Shown one piece after another: positions 18,984 to 29,992 of a DNA stretch of 64,000 nt. The notes beneath the pieces are model-generated. The model worked only from the letters and a program-made list of their open reading frames with translations, was not told the DNA's origin and did not search any database. Source of the stretch: an uncultured delta proteobacterium (lineage in GTDB: Bacteria; Desulfobacterota; Binatia; UBA9968); NCBI GenBank assembly GCA_963760795.1, contig CAVXEP010000019.1:160001-224000 (forward strand), in the 5' to 3' direction. Every line of letters starts with the position of its first letter. The first letter of the stretch is position 1. The translations under genes were made by a program, and so were the position numbers.

Positions 18984-19375
18984 CTACTTCGTCCAGAACG
19001 GCATCAGCGAATAGAATAGCAGTGGAATTGCAAGGACCGGGACGATCCAGACGAGCGCCAGCGGGATTTTCCGGGTGACGTGTTCCGGCAGGAACGTAGC
19101 GAGCACGCCGAGCACGGTGGCGCCGAGCATCGACGTAGCTGTCCAGCCGTACCAGTACATTACCGGGCCTTCGCCCTGGCGCGGCCGCGCATAAAACAGC
19201 TCCACCCGGTCGGTTGCGGGATGATAGGAGAACAGCGGCCAGCCCATCATGTCACAAACCACGTAGAGCGCCGCCGCGGAAAAGCCGAACACGATGGCGA
19301 AGGTCTTAACGCTGTGGACGACGCCAGAGATTTAGACGCGCTCCCGGCCGGCGTGGTGTTGGTTGGCGTGCTCAT
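18984..19375 (-). CDS. Small membrane protein (about 3 TM), apparent frameshift near 19330
   Basis: ATG 19375 overlaps the upstream stop (ATGA); body PLFSYHPA...GPVMYWYGW. Confidence 0.6.
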
Positions 19376-19874
19376 GAGCCAAATCCCCTGACGTTGTTGA
19401 CGACGTGACCGACCAGGAAATTAAACCAGCACCCCCGGCGAGATACATGGTCACCCATTTACGCGTGCTGTCGTAGTCCGCGTGCTGGGAATTCTTCCAG
19501 AGGTACCAATAGATCGGCAGCAGTCCGAGGCCGATAGTGGCGAGGTGTTCCTTCATTTCGAAGAAGCCCTGTGTCTTCCAGAAGCCCTCCTGCTCGATCG
19601 GAACGCGGACGTAGATGCGGTACTTGGTGTAGATCCATGCGCCGAAGATGAAAGTCACGATCCATAGCACGCAGACCGCGGTGGCGTAGCCGGCACCCTG
19701 CACCGCGCGGAAGCGGGTAACGAAACCGGCGCCTGCCGCCTGGCGCACCGGTATGAGCACCGACATCGCCTGATGCGTGAGCGCTCCCAGCAGAGCGACC
19801 GCCAACAGTCCATGGATGATCAGCAAGATCGTCCAGTACGTGTTGACGGATATGTAATCGAATAGGTCGTCCAT
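19372..19874 (-). CDS. Membrane protein (about 4 TM) with helix histidines, apparent frameshift in G run near 19435
   Basis: RBS GGAGG; IHGLLAVALLGALTHQ, FEMKEH; shifted frame ends CWFNFLVGHVVNNVRGFGS*. Confidence 0.7.
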
Positions 19875-20424
19875 CGTTGCCTCCCTTCATCCTTGCATGC
19901 CTTGCTGGGGCGCGTCCTCCTTCACGATCACTATTGGCGGACCCGTCTGTTCGTCCTTGTCCGTTCCACACCGGGCCTGTGGATCGGGCAGATTTGGAAC
20001 TTGATCGTCCTCGGGCGCGTGCCCTTGCCGGTTTCCAGATGGACAGCTACCGACCCCTCGTTTTTTGGCGGAGAGTATCCGCTAAACAAGCGCTGTGTCA
20101 ACTTAGGCTTGGTTTGATAATCGTGATCGGGATCAAGATTGGGTCCTGGGCGTCGCTTTGGAATCTAAACAGTCAGAGCGATCATCTCAAGGAAAGCGGC
20201 AATGCCAGGCTTCGCTTCTTTGATAATTGCTATCTGCACCAATATGAGAAAACAAAACTCAGGCCCGACCCTGAATCCGGACTGAATCCCCGCGACCCTG
20301 AATACTAAATCTTGCCTCGAAGGAATGATGGAACCCATCCGCTAGGAAACTCTGGTCAATTCAAGACTCGCTTTCAAACCTATTTGCCGGGAATCCTCCA
20401 GTAAGCCGTGTTGCGTCCCTGGAT

Positions 20425-20856
20425 TTAAGTAACTAGCGGGTTTTGCCAGCGAAGATTTTTGACACGCGCGAAATCGCCGTCGGTGGAGCAGAGAATCAGT
20501 CCATGCTCGATCGCCAGAGCGGCGAGATGGGCATCCGGGACGAGGTTCGCTTACGTGCCGGACGCTTTCAGGAGCTCGCCGAGCACATCGCGATGCCGCT
20601 TCGTCGCCTCTGGTATCCAGGCTACCTCGCAGGCAAGTCATGCTTCGACTTGTTTCCATGCGTCCACCATCGTCGCAGCCATTTGGAAGACGCGTGAATT
20701 GGTGACGATGCGGAGAAACGCGAGCAAACTATGCCACGGCAAACCGACCCGCGAGGCGCCGTTGAATTGTGAATCGAGCCAGGCGCGCGCGCTGTTGTGT
20801 TGTTGGAACGAACGAACATGGGCGTAGACGAGCAGGTTAGCGTCGACAAAAATCAT
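20425..20856 (-). pseudogene. vapC: VapC (PIN-domain) toxin pseudogene with two in-frame stops
   Basis: MIFVDANLLVYA...EA*(20638)...GT*(20551)ANLVPDAHLAALAIEHGLILCSTDGDFAR...WQNPL. Confidence 0.85.
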
Positions 20857-21101
20857 CTAAAGGACTCGCCTTCGGCCACCGCGAGAACTTCAGCGATGTT
20901 ATCCACGTGGCTACTCCGGGTTGGGCCAAGGTCCACTGAACGAATCCAAAAGACCTTGCGCTTCTTGGTCGGCGTCGTCAGGTTTTTCACGCCCTCGCGA
21001 AGTGCTAAGTTGCCGAGGTCTTTGAATTTTAGGCACCGCCCTTTGCATAGCCGTTTGAGTGATGCAACGACCTCGTCTTCCAGGGTGATGGTGGTACGCA
21101 C
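20853..21101 (-). CDS. vapB: VapB-like ribbon-helix-helix antitoxin
   Basis: MRTTITLEDEV...LALREG...NIAEVLAVAEGE; 4-nt overlap with vapC. Confidence 0.75.
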   Translation of the reverse strand: MRTTITLEDEVVASLKRLCKGRCLKFKDLGNLALREGVKNLTTPTKKRKVFWIRSVDLGPTRSSHVDNIAEVLAVAEGESFR

Positions 21102-21208
21102 GCATCAAAACAAAATCGAGTTGATACTTTGATGCAAGGCCGATAGTTGCACCGACTAGCGCCGGCCCGAAGCTCGATTTGGCCTAGAAGAAATGGGGAG
21201 TGGTTCCC

Positions 21209-22003
21209 CTAATCTCCCGCCAATCGTGCAAAGCGTTTTTTCATTAGGTCAATTTGCGTGAGATAGCGCTGCAGGCTGTGTGTGCCGCAACTGTCGCCGG
21301 GTTTTACGCGAAAACCGCCGGCGGCGAAAGTTTGTCCCCTTTGCAATCCGCAGAGATGAATCACGGCAGCCAGTTTTTGTTTTTGTCCAGGGCTGGCTTT
21401 AAGTGCGCGGCGAGCCGTCAAAGTATCGACCACGCTCTGGTGCAGATAGGCGGCGGTCAATTCGACTGCATGGCTCGGCAAGGTTCGAGTATAGAGGCCA
21501 TTAAACCAACAGGAATCCGAATTGTTTCCCGAATCCTTGGTCGCGACTTTGTGATCGCGGATGCAATACCTGCGCGCCTCGGCGAAAGTTCCGTCGGTCA
21601 GTTGAAACATGCCGAGGGCGCTCGAGGCCGGCCGATAGATCTCCAAAGGATTCCACGACCATTGCCAACGCCAGTAGGTGCGCGCAACGGGATTGCCGTC
21701 GCTCTCGACTTGCGCCAGCGCGGCGAGCAATTCCGGCGAGATAATGCTGGTGGAGTACTCCTCAAAAAGCGCGCCGTAACTCTGCCATGTCGAAGCCGGA
21801 GTTTTAGCCATGGAGCCACTGACCGGAGCGAAGAGCTCACCGGGTTTGCGGATCACCTGATAGACCAAGTTAAGCGTGAAGAACCCGGCAAGGCCAAGAA
21901 TGCACCACCAAACGATGCTTCGATTCCGGAGGAGTTTGGTAACGCGCCTCGACTTTCGCCTGGGGTACCGGACACCGCTATGGACGGTAGTTGTCACGGG
22001 CAA
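21209..22003 (-). CDS. Lytic-transglycosylase (SLT)-like membrane-anchored protein
   Basis: N-terminal TM; LAQVESDGNP catalytic Glu motif; SALGMFQL. Confidence 0.7.
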   Translation of the reverse strand: MPVTTTVHSGVRYPRRKSRRVTKLLRNRSIVWWCILGLAGFFTLNLVYQVIRKPGELFAPVSGSMAKTPASTWQSYGALFEEYSTSIISPELLAALAQVESDGNPVARTYWRWQWSWNPLEIYRPASSALGMFQLTDGTFAEARRYCIRDHKVATKDSGNNSDSCWFNGLYTRTLPSHAVELTAAYLHQSVVDTLTARRALKASPGQKQKLAAVIHLCGLQRGQTFAAGGFRVKPGDSCGTHSLQRYLTQIDLMKKRFARLAGD

Positions 22004-22368
22004 AGATTAACCTCTCGGTGACGATGCAACAAGTCTACATTGTGCTTTTAGGAATCTGGATTAGCAGCAACAATCGCTGAAGAGCGAACGCTACTGACGG
22101 TGCGGGGGGCGGTAAGGAAAATAAGCGATTCTTAGCGATTACAAGCACTGTTTTGACAAGCCCCTGACGTTGGTTCCACAGCGACAATGGCACATCGAAA
22201 CAACCCCTAGGTGTGCTGGCTTTCCCGGTGACTTTCCTAGGCGGTCGCGGGTGTACCCGAGGTGAATTGCGGGCGAAGTGTCATGAGTATGGCCTCAGCA
22301 CTAAATTCGACTGAACGGGATAAAGAATCTTTCCCTCCGGCAACTGAATTCAAGTGGGATAGGTCATC

Positions 22369-23076
22369 TCAAGAATTGGGCTCTATCGACCGCCTGGCGA
22401 GCGCCGCGGAGTTGGTTTTCGTTTCCGTTAGGAGACCGCCCAACTTGCTGAGTCTGTAATGCGATGATCCGTATACCAAACCGTCATCTAGCCGGCAGCC
22501 CAGGCTAACCGTCAACAGGAGTTGGCTGCGATATTCCATATCCATCTTGTGCTCGATCTCGATTTGATACCCGTCGATGAGGCCGGCCGGCGTGCTGAAC
22601 TGCGACGGTGAAATCCGTTTTACTAAATGGGTCACACGGCCGGACCGTTTGAGCTTGCCGGTCTCAACACTATACATTTTGTAGCCCGTCTGGCGCAGAA
22701 CGGCGCCGGTGGAATCGAATTCGGCGGGTAGCACGCGCAGTGCCGGTTCATAGATGACATAGCTCTTGCTGTTGAACAGGTCGAGCCGATCCATAATCAG
22801 GGCGCCCGAGCTGCTGCGCAAAGAGATGCGTCCGTAGTCGCCGAAGCTGAGCTTCCATCTTTTTTCATCCATAGGATCAGACTGGAATGTCACCGGCACC
22901 AGTCGTCCCTGGTCCTTGCCGTCGATGATCTTGAAATCCTTCCGCGAGCTGGTGAGAGGTATCAGTTCAGTGGCAGTGACGTGCTGCGGTAGGGATAGCG
23001 GCGGTGTGATGCCGGCGAACGTCGCCGTGGCAGCTAACAGCGCAAATACGAGAACGATGAGTGGTGGACAATGCAT
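22369..23076 (-). CDS. Hypothetical exported beta-rich protein
   Basis: Signal peptide, RBS AGGAG, TPAG beta-turn motif. Confidence 0.6.
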   Translation of the reverse strand: MHCPPLIVLVFALLAATATFAGITPPLSLPQHVTATELIPLTSSRKDFKIIDGKDQGRLVPVTFQSDPMDEKRWKLSFGDYGRISLRSSSGALIMDRLDLFNSKSYVIYEPALRVLPAEFDSTGAVLRQTGYKMYSVETGKLKRSGRVTHLVKRISPSQFSTPAGLIDGYQIEIEHKMDMEYRSQLLLTVSLGCRLDDGLVYGSSHYRLSKLGGLLTETKTNSAALARRSIEPNS

Positions 23077-23530
23077 CGGGTGCGGATGCTCCTATAATCA
23101 AAATTACAAAGGCACTGAAGCAAGAACAACCGCTTCCGAGTCACCATTGTGTCCTATAGTTTATCTGGATAATTACGAAAAGTAAGTAGGGGGGTGCTCG
23201 CGACTGCGTTTGGCGGAGCTCAAGGGTGGCTTTCATCCGGATTGATTCTTAGTCTCTTAGAACGGCAGACAGAGTTGACTGTCCTAATAGCGGGACACGA
23301 AGCGGCGACCAAAAATAGTGCATAAATTCCTGGCGAGGGAGTTTGTCACACTTTTTTTGGTGCTCGATCTACCGGTCGCCTGGCGGTGGACGTCGCGCAA
23401 TCAGTGGGTGGGTGGACTTCGAAGTATTGGTCGTTTTCTAGCAGGCCGTGCGCAGTTACCCTGCGGCATTTTTATTATTCCTGGGCGTCATCTTCCCGTA
23501 ATCCCCTTCCGTTGGAGAGTGTGTCGCAAC

Positions 23531-23619
23531 TGTCATTCGGAGGCGAAGCCGGAGAATCTCGTCATGGTAAATGGTAAATGGCAGACAAGACGCGTTCTCT
23601 CGGTGCGCTCGGGATGACA
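23531..23619. repeat. REP-like palindromic element (TGTCAT...ATGACA); related half copies at 35741-35768 and 33786-33806
   Basis: TGTCATTCGGAGGCGAAGCCGGAGAATCTC ... TCTCTCGGTGCGCTCGGGATGACA; TTCTTCGCTTTGCTCGGAATGACA; CCGGCTTTCGCCGGCATGACG. Confidence 0.55.
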
Positions 23620-23753
23620 GGAATGGGGATTTTCGCGTTCCGAAAATGTCTATTGCCGGAGAGGGCCAAGGGGGAGGGGTAGTTAAAACTTGATTACAAC
23701 CGTCATTATAGAATCGCCGGGCTGTGGCTCGGTCGCCAGCGGCCAGCGTAAAA

Positions 23754-25002
23754 TCAAAGCAACTCTCTGATGGGAAAAGAGAATAGCTCAAAGAACTTTT
23801 CCTTAAATCCACGCGAGTCCCACTCTTGGTAGGATATTTTTTTGGCATGTTTGAGGTCTTCCTCAAAGATCTCTTCGAGACGGTGCGCGAAGGCGCTGTC
23901 GTAAACTGTAAGATTCAGTTCTTCGTTCAGAGCGAATGATCGGTTGTCGAAGTTGGTGCTGCCGATGGTTGCCCAAATGCCGTCCACGACCATGGTTTTT
24001 GCATGCATAAGAGCGGGCAGATATTCGAAGATCTGAACGCCGCCGAGCAGCAGCTTGCCGAAGTTACTCCGGCTGGCTCGATAAACAATTTTGTGATCTA
24101 TCTTATCCGGTACCAGCACGGTTACTCGGACACCCCGGGCAACGGCCTCGAGCAGAGCGTTGACCATCCGATCGTCGGGGATGAAATATGGATTGGTAAT
24201 CGAGATTGATTTTCTCGCGGAGGCGATGGAGATCAAAAAAAGCATGTAGTTTTGAAAGCTGCCGCCGATCGGCGAGCTCTTGACGATTTGCGCCGAAATT
24301 TTTCCGCGCGGCTCGAGGCGTGGGAAATAATCATCGCCGCCGAGCAGCGTTCCGGTCGTCTCCAGCCAACTCTCGGCGAACGCAGCTTGGAGGTTTTTTA
24401 CCAGTGGTCCCTCGATCCGCGCATTGGTTTCGCGCCAATGATTTGCCGTGCGGCCGTCTCCGGTCCAGGCATCACTTATTCCATACCCGCCGGTGAACCC
24501 GACCCGACCATCGATTACGAGAATACGTCGATGGTTGCGATAGTTGTATCTCAGCAATTTCCAAATGAATAATACCTGCGGTGCTTCGACCCTGCGGAAC
24601 AACTCCACCTGACAACCGGCATCGCGCATTATCTCGGGTATCTCAGCGGGCGTATTGGTTCCATGGCTGTCTAAAAGTATGTTGACGACGACCCCTGCCC
24701 GGCAACGTTCGGCAAATGCTTTCGCCAATTCGTAAGCGATCGAACCGTCTTCGTAGAGGTACTGGGCGAAGGTGATCGAGCGTTTAGCGAGTTTTATGTC
24801 GCGTAACATTGGCGGGAAGGTTTCATCGCCATTGAGCAAAATATCGACGCGGTTTTCGCCGACGATCGGCGCATCTGTGTGGGCTTCAATGGTAGGGAAA
24901 AATGATGGTTCGCCGAGAGTCAATTCCGGGATTTTGTAGACCGGGAGTACTTTGGCGCAACTCGATACCAGACATATCACAAGCAACCAGACGAGTTTTC
25001 AT
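23754..25002 (-). CDS. Cardiolipin synthase / phospholipase D family; apparent +1 frameshift just after ATG 25002
   Basis: NHRRILVIDG and MHAKTMVVDG...GSTNFDNRSF; removing one A gives MKLVWLLVICLVSSC (lipoprotein-like signal). Confidence 0.88.
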
Positions 25003-25139
25003 AATCGAGGACTCCACAAAGTTAGTTGACCGACATATTAAAACAAGTTGAATATCTCAATTCAGCACTCCGGGATCATCTCAATACCCGCTGGTCAACA
25101 CCCAGGGCTGAGACCCTTCAGCACGCATTGTTCGGTTTT

Positions 25140-25319
25140 GGGGGGTCGGGGCTGAGTATGGAATATTCTGAAATGACGGGCCAGCTTCTGCTCTGTTTGC
25201 TTCTCCCGATGCAGACGGCGCCCCAACTCCGTGGTTGTGAGCTCACTCAATTCCCGCGCCAGATACGCGAAGTGCGCTCTGTCCGCGACCCACTGCTGCT
25301 ACCCTCCTGATTGAATCAA
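25140..25319 (-). pseudogene. Possible C-terminal remnant of a REP-associated (Y1) transposase
   Basis: LIQSGG*QQWVADRAHFAYLARELSELTTTELGRRLHRE followed by ACTCAGCCCCGACCCC; family resemblance is from memory only. Confidence 0.35.
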
Positions 25320-25406
25320 CGCTCTACGGGTCGATTCGCGCAAGGCACAGATCGCTTCAACCAGCCGGGCGAAACTAACCGTCTGGGCTTTTTATCGCCA
25401 TTGCCT

Positions 25407-25799
25407 TCAGGAAATAACCGCGATCGCATTGATCTCCATCAGCAGCTCTGGGCGCGCCAATGCCACCACCTGCACCATCGTGCTGGTTGGGAAGTTTGAT
25501 CCCAGGACCTCACGCCGCGTTTCGTTTATGTCGCGGTGATTACGCACATCCGTGGTGAAGACGTTGAGCGCGACGACATCGTTCATCGTGCCGCCGGCGG
25601 CTTCGACGGCGCGTTGAATCTTGCCCAATATGAAACGCGTCTGTGCCCGCGCATCGCCGGCGCCGACGACCTTGCCCTCATGATCTGAAGCCGTCTGCCC
25701 GGCGATGAATACCATCCGCCCCGGCTGGGCAATGTTGACCAGCGAATAACTCCCGCGCGGCACTGGCAAGCCATCGGGATTGAGTGCGGTCTTTGCCAT
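25407..25799 (-). CDS. RidA/YjgF family protein
   Basis: VFIAGQTA, PTSTMVQVVALARPELLMEINAIA. Confidence 0.9.
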   Translation of the reverse strand: MAKTALNPDGLPVPRGSYSLVNIAQPGRMVFIAGQTASDHEGKVVGAGDARAQTRFILGKIQRAVEAAGGTMNDVVALNVFTTDVRNHRDINETRREVLGSNFPTSTMVQVVALARPELLMEINAIAVIS

Positions 25800-26200
25800 C
25801 GGAATATCCTCCTTTTAACGTAGTGAGCTTTAGATCTTTAACAGGTTATGAGCAAGAGTTTCGGACCACTCTATTACCTTGCCGGACCAACTCGCCCAGA
25901 GCCAGTTTCCCCACGATGCTTACGCCAGCTGTTCCACTGTCGCTGCTGACGGATCGCCTTTTCACCAATTCGCCATGACGATCGGATGATGATGACAAAT
26001 ACCGTTCCGTCCAGAAAATAGAAAGTGCTAAGGATGTCCCCAGCGTTCGGCGATTAAGCCGCAGATAGTGGTGAGACCGAGCTTAGCGAGGACTGCGAGC
26101 TCGAGAGGATTCTTACGGTGCTAACCGGCGTCACTGCGCTTTCGGTTCTTGGAATCGTCTGTCTTAGTGAGTATTCTACGCGGCAGAGGTGAATTGTTAG

Positions 26201-27421
26201 ATGCTTCCTCAAGAACACAACGAGCTATTGACCAGGACCGCGGCGGGGACGCCGATGGGAAATCTTATGCGGCGTTATTGGATTCCGGCGCTGTTATCCG
26301 AGGAGATCCCGGAGCCTGATTGTCCGCCGGTGCGGGTGCCCATCCTAAGCGAGAAGCTGGTGGCGTATCGCGACAGCCAGGGACGGGTGGGGTTGTTGGG
26401 AGAGCACTGTTTGCATCGCGGCACTTCGCTGTTTTTCGGGCGCAACGAGGAATGCGGCCTGCGCTGCATTTACCATGGCTGGAAATACGACACGGACGGT
26501 AACGTGCTCGACACGCCGGCGGAACCGGCCGGCAGCGACTTCAAGACCAAGCTCAAACATATCGCCTATCCGACGGTGGAAGCGGCGGGGATCGTCTTTG
26601 CCTATCTGGGACCGCGCGACAAGATGCCGCTGTTGCCGAACTACGAATGGGCGCAACTGCCCAAGGAGCAGACCTACGTCACTAAAGCGCTGATGGATTG
26701 CAACTACTTGCAGGGGCTTGAAGGCGAATGCGATTCGTCGCACCTGTCGTTCTTGCACCGGGAGTTCGGCGCCACAGGTCGCCGCCAATTGTTCGCATTG
26801 GATTCGGCGCCGGCCTATGAAACCGACGAGACCGACTTCGGCGTGCGCTTGATCGCGACGCGCAATGCCGGACCCGACAGCCAGTACGTGCGGGTGTCGA
26901 GCTTTGTCATGCCGATCGCCTGCTGGGTGCCGGCGCGCAACCGCGAGACGCATATTTATGTGCCGGTCGACGACGAACACGCGTGGCGCTACGATCTGGG
27001 TTTTCTGCAGGACCGCAAGCCGACGCTAGAAGACTGGAATCGCAAAACTCAAATCGGCCCCGACTACCGCAAGATCCGCAACCTGCAGAATAACTATCTG
27101 CAAGACCGCCAAGTCCAGGCGACGGTGAATTACACCGGCATCGAAAACTTTCTCAATCACGACGGCTGCGCCACCGAGACCATGGGACCGATCTATGATC
27201 GCTCGCGCGAGCATTTGGGGGTGAGCGACAAGGCGGTGATCGCCGTGCGTAAATACCTCATCAATGCGGTCAATGAATTTCAGACCGGTAAAGAACCGCC
27301 ACACATCGTGCGCGACGCGGCGCGCAATCGCTTCCCGCACATCGATACGTTTGCGCAAACCATCCCGGCGAATATCAACTGGCGCGATCGTTTCGCGCAT
27401 CTGACGTTCACCGCGGCGTAA
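26201..27421 (+). CDS. Rieske non-heme iron oxygenase alpha subunit (phthalate 4,5-dioxygenase / LigXa-like)
   Basis: HCLHRG...RCIYHGW Rieske motif; EGECDSSHLSFLH iron motif; EHLGVSD. Confidence 0.92.
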   Translation: MLPQEHNELLTRTAAGTPMGNLMRRYWIPALLSEEIPEPDCPPVRVPILSEKLVAYRDSQGRVGLLGEHCLHRGTSLFFGRNEECGLRCIYHGWKYDTDGNVLDTPAEPAGSDFKTKLKHIAYPTVEAAGIVFAYLGPRDKMPLLPNYEWAQLPKEQTYVTKALMDCNYLQGLEGECDSSHLSFLHREFGATGRRQLFALDSAPAYETDETDFGVRLIATRNAGPDSQYVRVSSFVMPIACWVPARNRETHIYVPVDDEHAWRYDLGFLQDRKPTLEDWNRKTQIGPDYRKIRNLQNNYLQDRQVQATVNYTGIENFLNHDGCATETMGPIYDRSREHLGVSDKAVIAVRKYLINAVNEFQTGKEPPHIVRDAARNRFPHIDTFAQTIPANINWRDRFAHLTFTAA

Positions 27422-27484
27422 AGCAGCGGGGCAGACCGAACTTGGCCTTTCCGGATGCGCGCCGGCCTTGACCGTCAGTTCCGC

Positions 27485-28618
27485 CTAGGGGATCAACTGG
27501 CGCGCAATCTCCATGGCTGGCCGGCGGTACTTATTGATGGCGTCTTCCAAGTGATTTTGTAGCTTGTAATAGCTCTCGAGGGTGAGCGAGTCCTTGGCGG
27601 CATGGACGCCAAAGGCCCTGAGCGACTTGGTGTCGACGTCGAGCCGGCGCGTCGCCTGGCCGATCGCTGTACCGAAAGTCTCCTGGCCTTCTTTGCTGAG
27701 CAGCCAATTGATAAACACTTTGGTCGCATTCGGATGAGGCGGGTTCTTGACGATGGTCACTGTACCGCTGCCGTTGCTCGTGTAAGTGCCTTCCTTGGGT
27801 ACTGGCAGCGCTTTGACCGGCAACCCCGCTTTAAGGAACGGCTCGAGAGTGTAGTAGGATATGCCGATGGTCAGTGAGATTTTTCCCTTGGCCAGCGCCT
27901 CGCCCAACAGTCTCTGATTGGTGCTGACCAGGAGATCCTGCTGGACGAGTCTCTTGAGAAATTCCTCGCCCTTGATCATCCATAAAAACGTCCAGGTGGA
28001 GTGGCCGGCGCCGGGGTTGCGCGGATCGAGAATGGCGATTTTGCCTTTCCACTTGGGATGCAACAGGTCGTCATAGGAGCGGATCTCTTCCGCTTTCACC
28101 AGTTCCGTGTTGTGCCAGAGATTGTCGCTGGTGAAGGCTTCGAAGGAATAGATAAACCGTTTGCCGCCCTGGTTGTCGCCCCAGATGTGGCCGCCCCACC
28201 ATTGTTTGGGATCTTTGACTTCCGGCGAAATCATATAGGGTTCGAACGGTTCGGCGATGGCCGGCTCGACGAAACCGTAGAGCATGGTGTCGGTGCCGCC
28301 GATGCTGAGATCGAAGTTGCGAATCCCGGCTTTGTACTCTTCGGCGATTTTCCTGACGTTCTGCGGCCCGCGGCTCGGCGACAATTCAATCTCGATGCCC
28401 GGGAATTTGGCTTTGAACGCCGCTTCGAGCTGTTTCCTTAGATCGGCGCTGGCCGGAATCCCGGCGACGAGCTTGCCTTCTTTCTTCGCCGCCGCCACGG
28501 TGCGCTCCCATTCCGCCGTGGCGCCCGTCTGGGAATGCGCTCGGTTCGAGATCAATAGCAGGACGCCCTGGGCGCCGACCAAACTCCAAATCAGTAAGGC
28601 GGTCAAAGTTGTTTTCAT
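27485..28618 (-). CDS. ABC extracellular solute-binding protein (AfuA/Fe3+-like family)
   Basis: AAAKKEGKL, DLLHPKWKGKI, PHPNATKVFINWLLSKEGQ. Confidence 0.85.
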   Translation of the reverse strand: MKTTLTALLIWSLVGAQGVLLLISNRAHSQTGATAEWERTVAAAKKEGKLVAGIPASADLRKQLEAAFKAKFPGIEIELSPSRGPQNVRKIAEEYKAGIRNFDLSIGGTDTMLYGFVEPAIAEPFEPYMISPEVKDPKQWWGGHIWGDNQGGKRFIYSFEAFTSDNLWHNTELVKAEEIRSYDDLLHPKWKGKIAILDPRNPGAGHSTWTFLWMIKGEEFLKRLVQQDLLVSTNQRLLGEALAKGKISLTIGISYYTLEPFLKAGLPVKALPVPKEGTYTSNGSGTVTIVKNPPHPNATKVFINWLLSKEGQETFGTAIGQATRRLDVDTKSLRAFGVHAAKDSLTLESYYKLQNHLEDAINKYRRPAMEIARQLIP

Positions 28619-28689
28619 AGCGGTTCCTTTCCGCTTAGTGGATACTGTTTCCATTGCGGTGACTTGTGCTGCAAGCGCATCCGGCACAC

Positions 28690-29667
28690 TTATGCCCTCA
28701 GCGTTTGATGAAAAAACAGCTCTTCCAGCGCCGGCTCGCGATTAAGCAGCCCTTGTTGGATCTGGCAGCGGATCAATGCCGCGAGGGATTTACGAGTGGA
28801 GTCGTCGAATGTATAGCCGTACGGGTCGTAACCGATAACCTCCCTCAGCCAGCGCGCTTCGTCTCTTTCTTCATCGCTCATGTACTTTTCATCCAGAGCA
28901 CGCGCTTTGCGGAAGGCGGCAAGCAGGCTGTCGATGACCCAAGGGTGCTTCTCCACCAGCTTTTCCTGCAGGACCAGCGTATGGATCACCGGGATCACTT
29001 GGGTGCGCCGAAAGTAGTCGGCTTCCTCGCGGCGGTGGTCCGAGAGCAAACGGCGTAGTCTAGGATTTTTTGCCAGCGATCCGTAGGGCTCCAAGGCGGC
29101 GTCGATGACGCCGTTCTCCACCAGTTCGATGGCGTGCTCGCGGGTTCTCGGCGCAGCGATGAAGTTCACGGTAACCGACTTCGGCGGCGCCACGTTGGCC
29201 TCCTCGCCGACATCGGGCTCCGCCACGTACCACGCCATTTGCTCTGGTGCGACGCCGTATTCGTCCTGGAGCAGCGCGCGCAACCAAACGGCGGTAGTGG
29301 CGTTGTAGCGATGGGCGGTGACGCGCTTGCCCTTGAGCTCGGATGGATGGCTGAGGGTGGAGGCCGTCGAACAATAAAAGCAGCGATGACGAAACTGGCG
29401 CGCCGGAAAAACCGGCAGGCCGCGAAGCGGCATGCCTCTCATGCGCGCTAGAATCAGCGAGGAGGTCGAACATTCGCCGCCGTCGATGGCGGCGCCGAGG
29501 ATCGCCCGATGGCGCGCGCCGGTATTATCCAGGCCGTCGCCGAATTGGCTCTCGCAGCGCAATTGTATCCCGTCGGGCTGAACACTGCCGTCGAACAACG
29601 CGCGGGTCCGCGGCGTTACCGCCATACCCAAGGTAAGGTCGATTGAATCCGCCATGTCATGCCTCAC
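28690..29667 (-). CDS. 4,5-dihydroxyphthalate decarboxylase-like protein (periplasmic-binding-protein fold)
   Basis: RTRALFDGSV, LPVFPARQFRH, YFRRTQVIPVIH. Confidence 0.75.
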   Translation of the reverse strand: MRHDMADSIDLTLGMAVTPRTRALFDGSVQPDGIQLRCESQFGDGLDNTGARHRAILGAAIDGGECSTSSLILARMRGMPLRGLPVFPARQFRHRCFYCSTASTLSHPSELKGKRVTAHRYNATTAVWLRALLQDEYGVAPEQMAWYVAEPDVGEEANVAPPKSVTVNFIAAPRTREHAIELVENGVIDAALEPYGSLAKNPRLRRLLSDHRREEADYFRRTQVIPVIHTLVLQEKLVEKHPWVIDSLLAAFRKARALDEKYMSDEERDEARWLREVIGYDPYGYTFDDSTRKSLAALIRCQIQQGLLNREPALEELFFHQTLRA

Positions 29668-29992
29668 GAAGCCTCACATCCAAGCCAGCCGCGATTTTTC
29701 TTTCATCCGCAGCGCATGCGCATTGCAGCCCCAGGCGCTTATTCGTTCGGAAAAGTGGCGCATTTTTTACCATTGATAGCGAAAAGAAATTCTGACCCGC
29801 GCGCGAACATCGCACAGGATCGGCGCCGTTGCAATTCTCCCGGGAGTACCGAGCGATCTCACTCACTTCAGTCATGCATATCGGCCGCCGCAGGTGGGGG
29901 ATGTCTGGGGCCAGGTCTGCATCGCTAAATTAACCGAGGACCGTCCAACCTCTCCAAGTTTCAAAGCCGAATTTTACCTCGCGAATGTTCAC

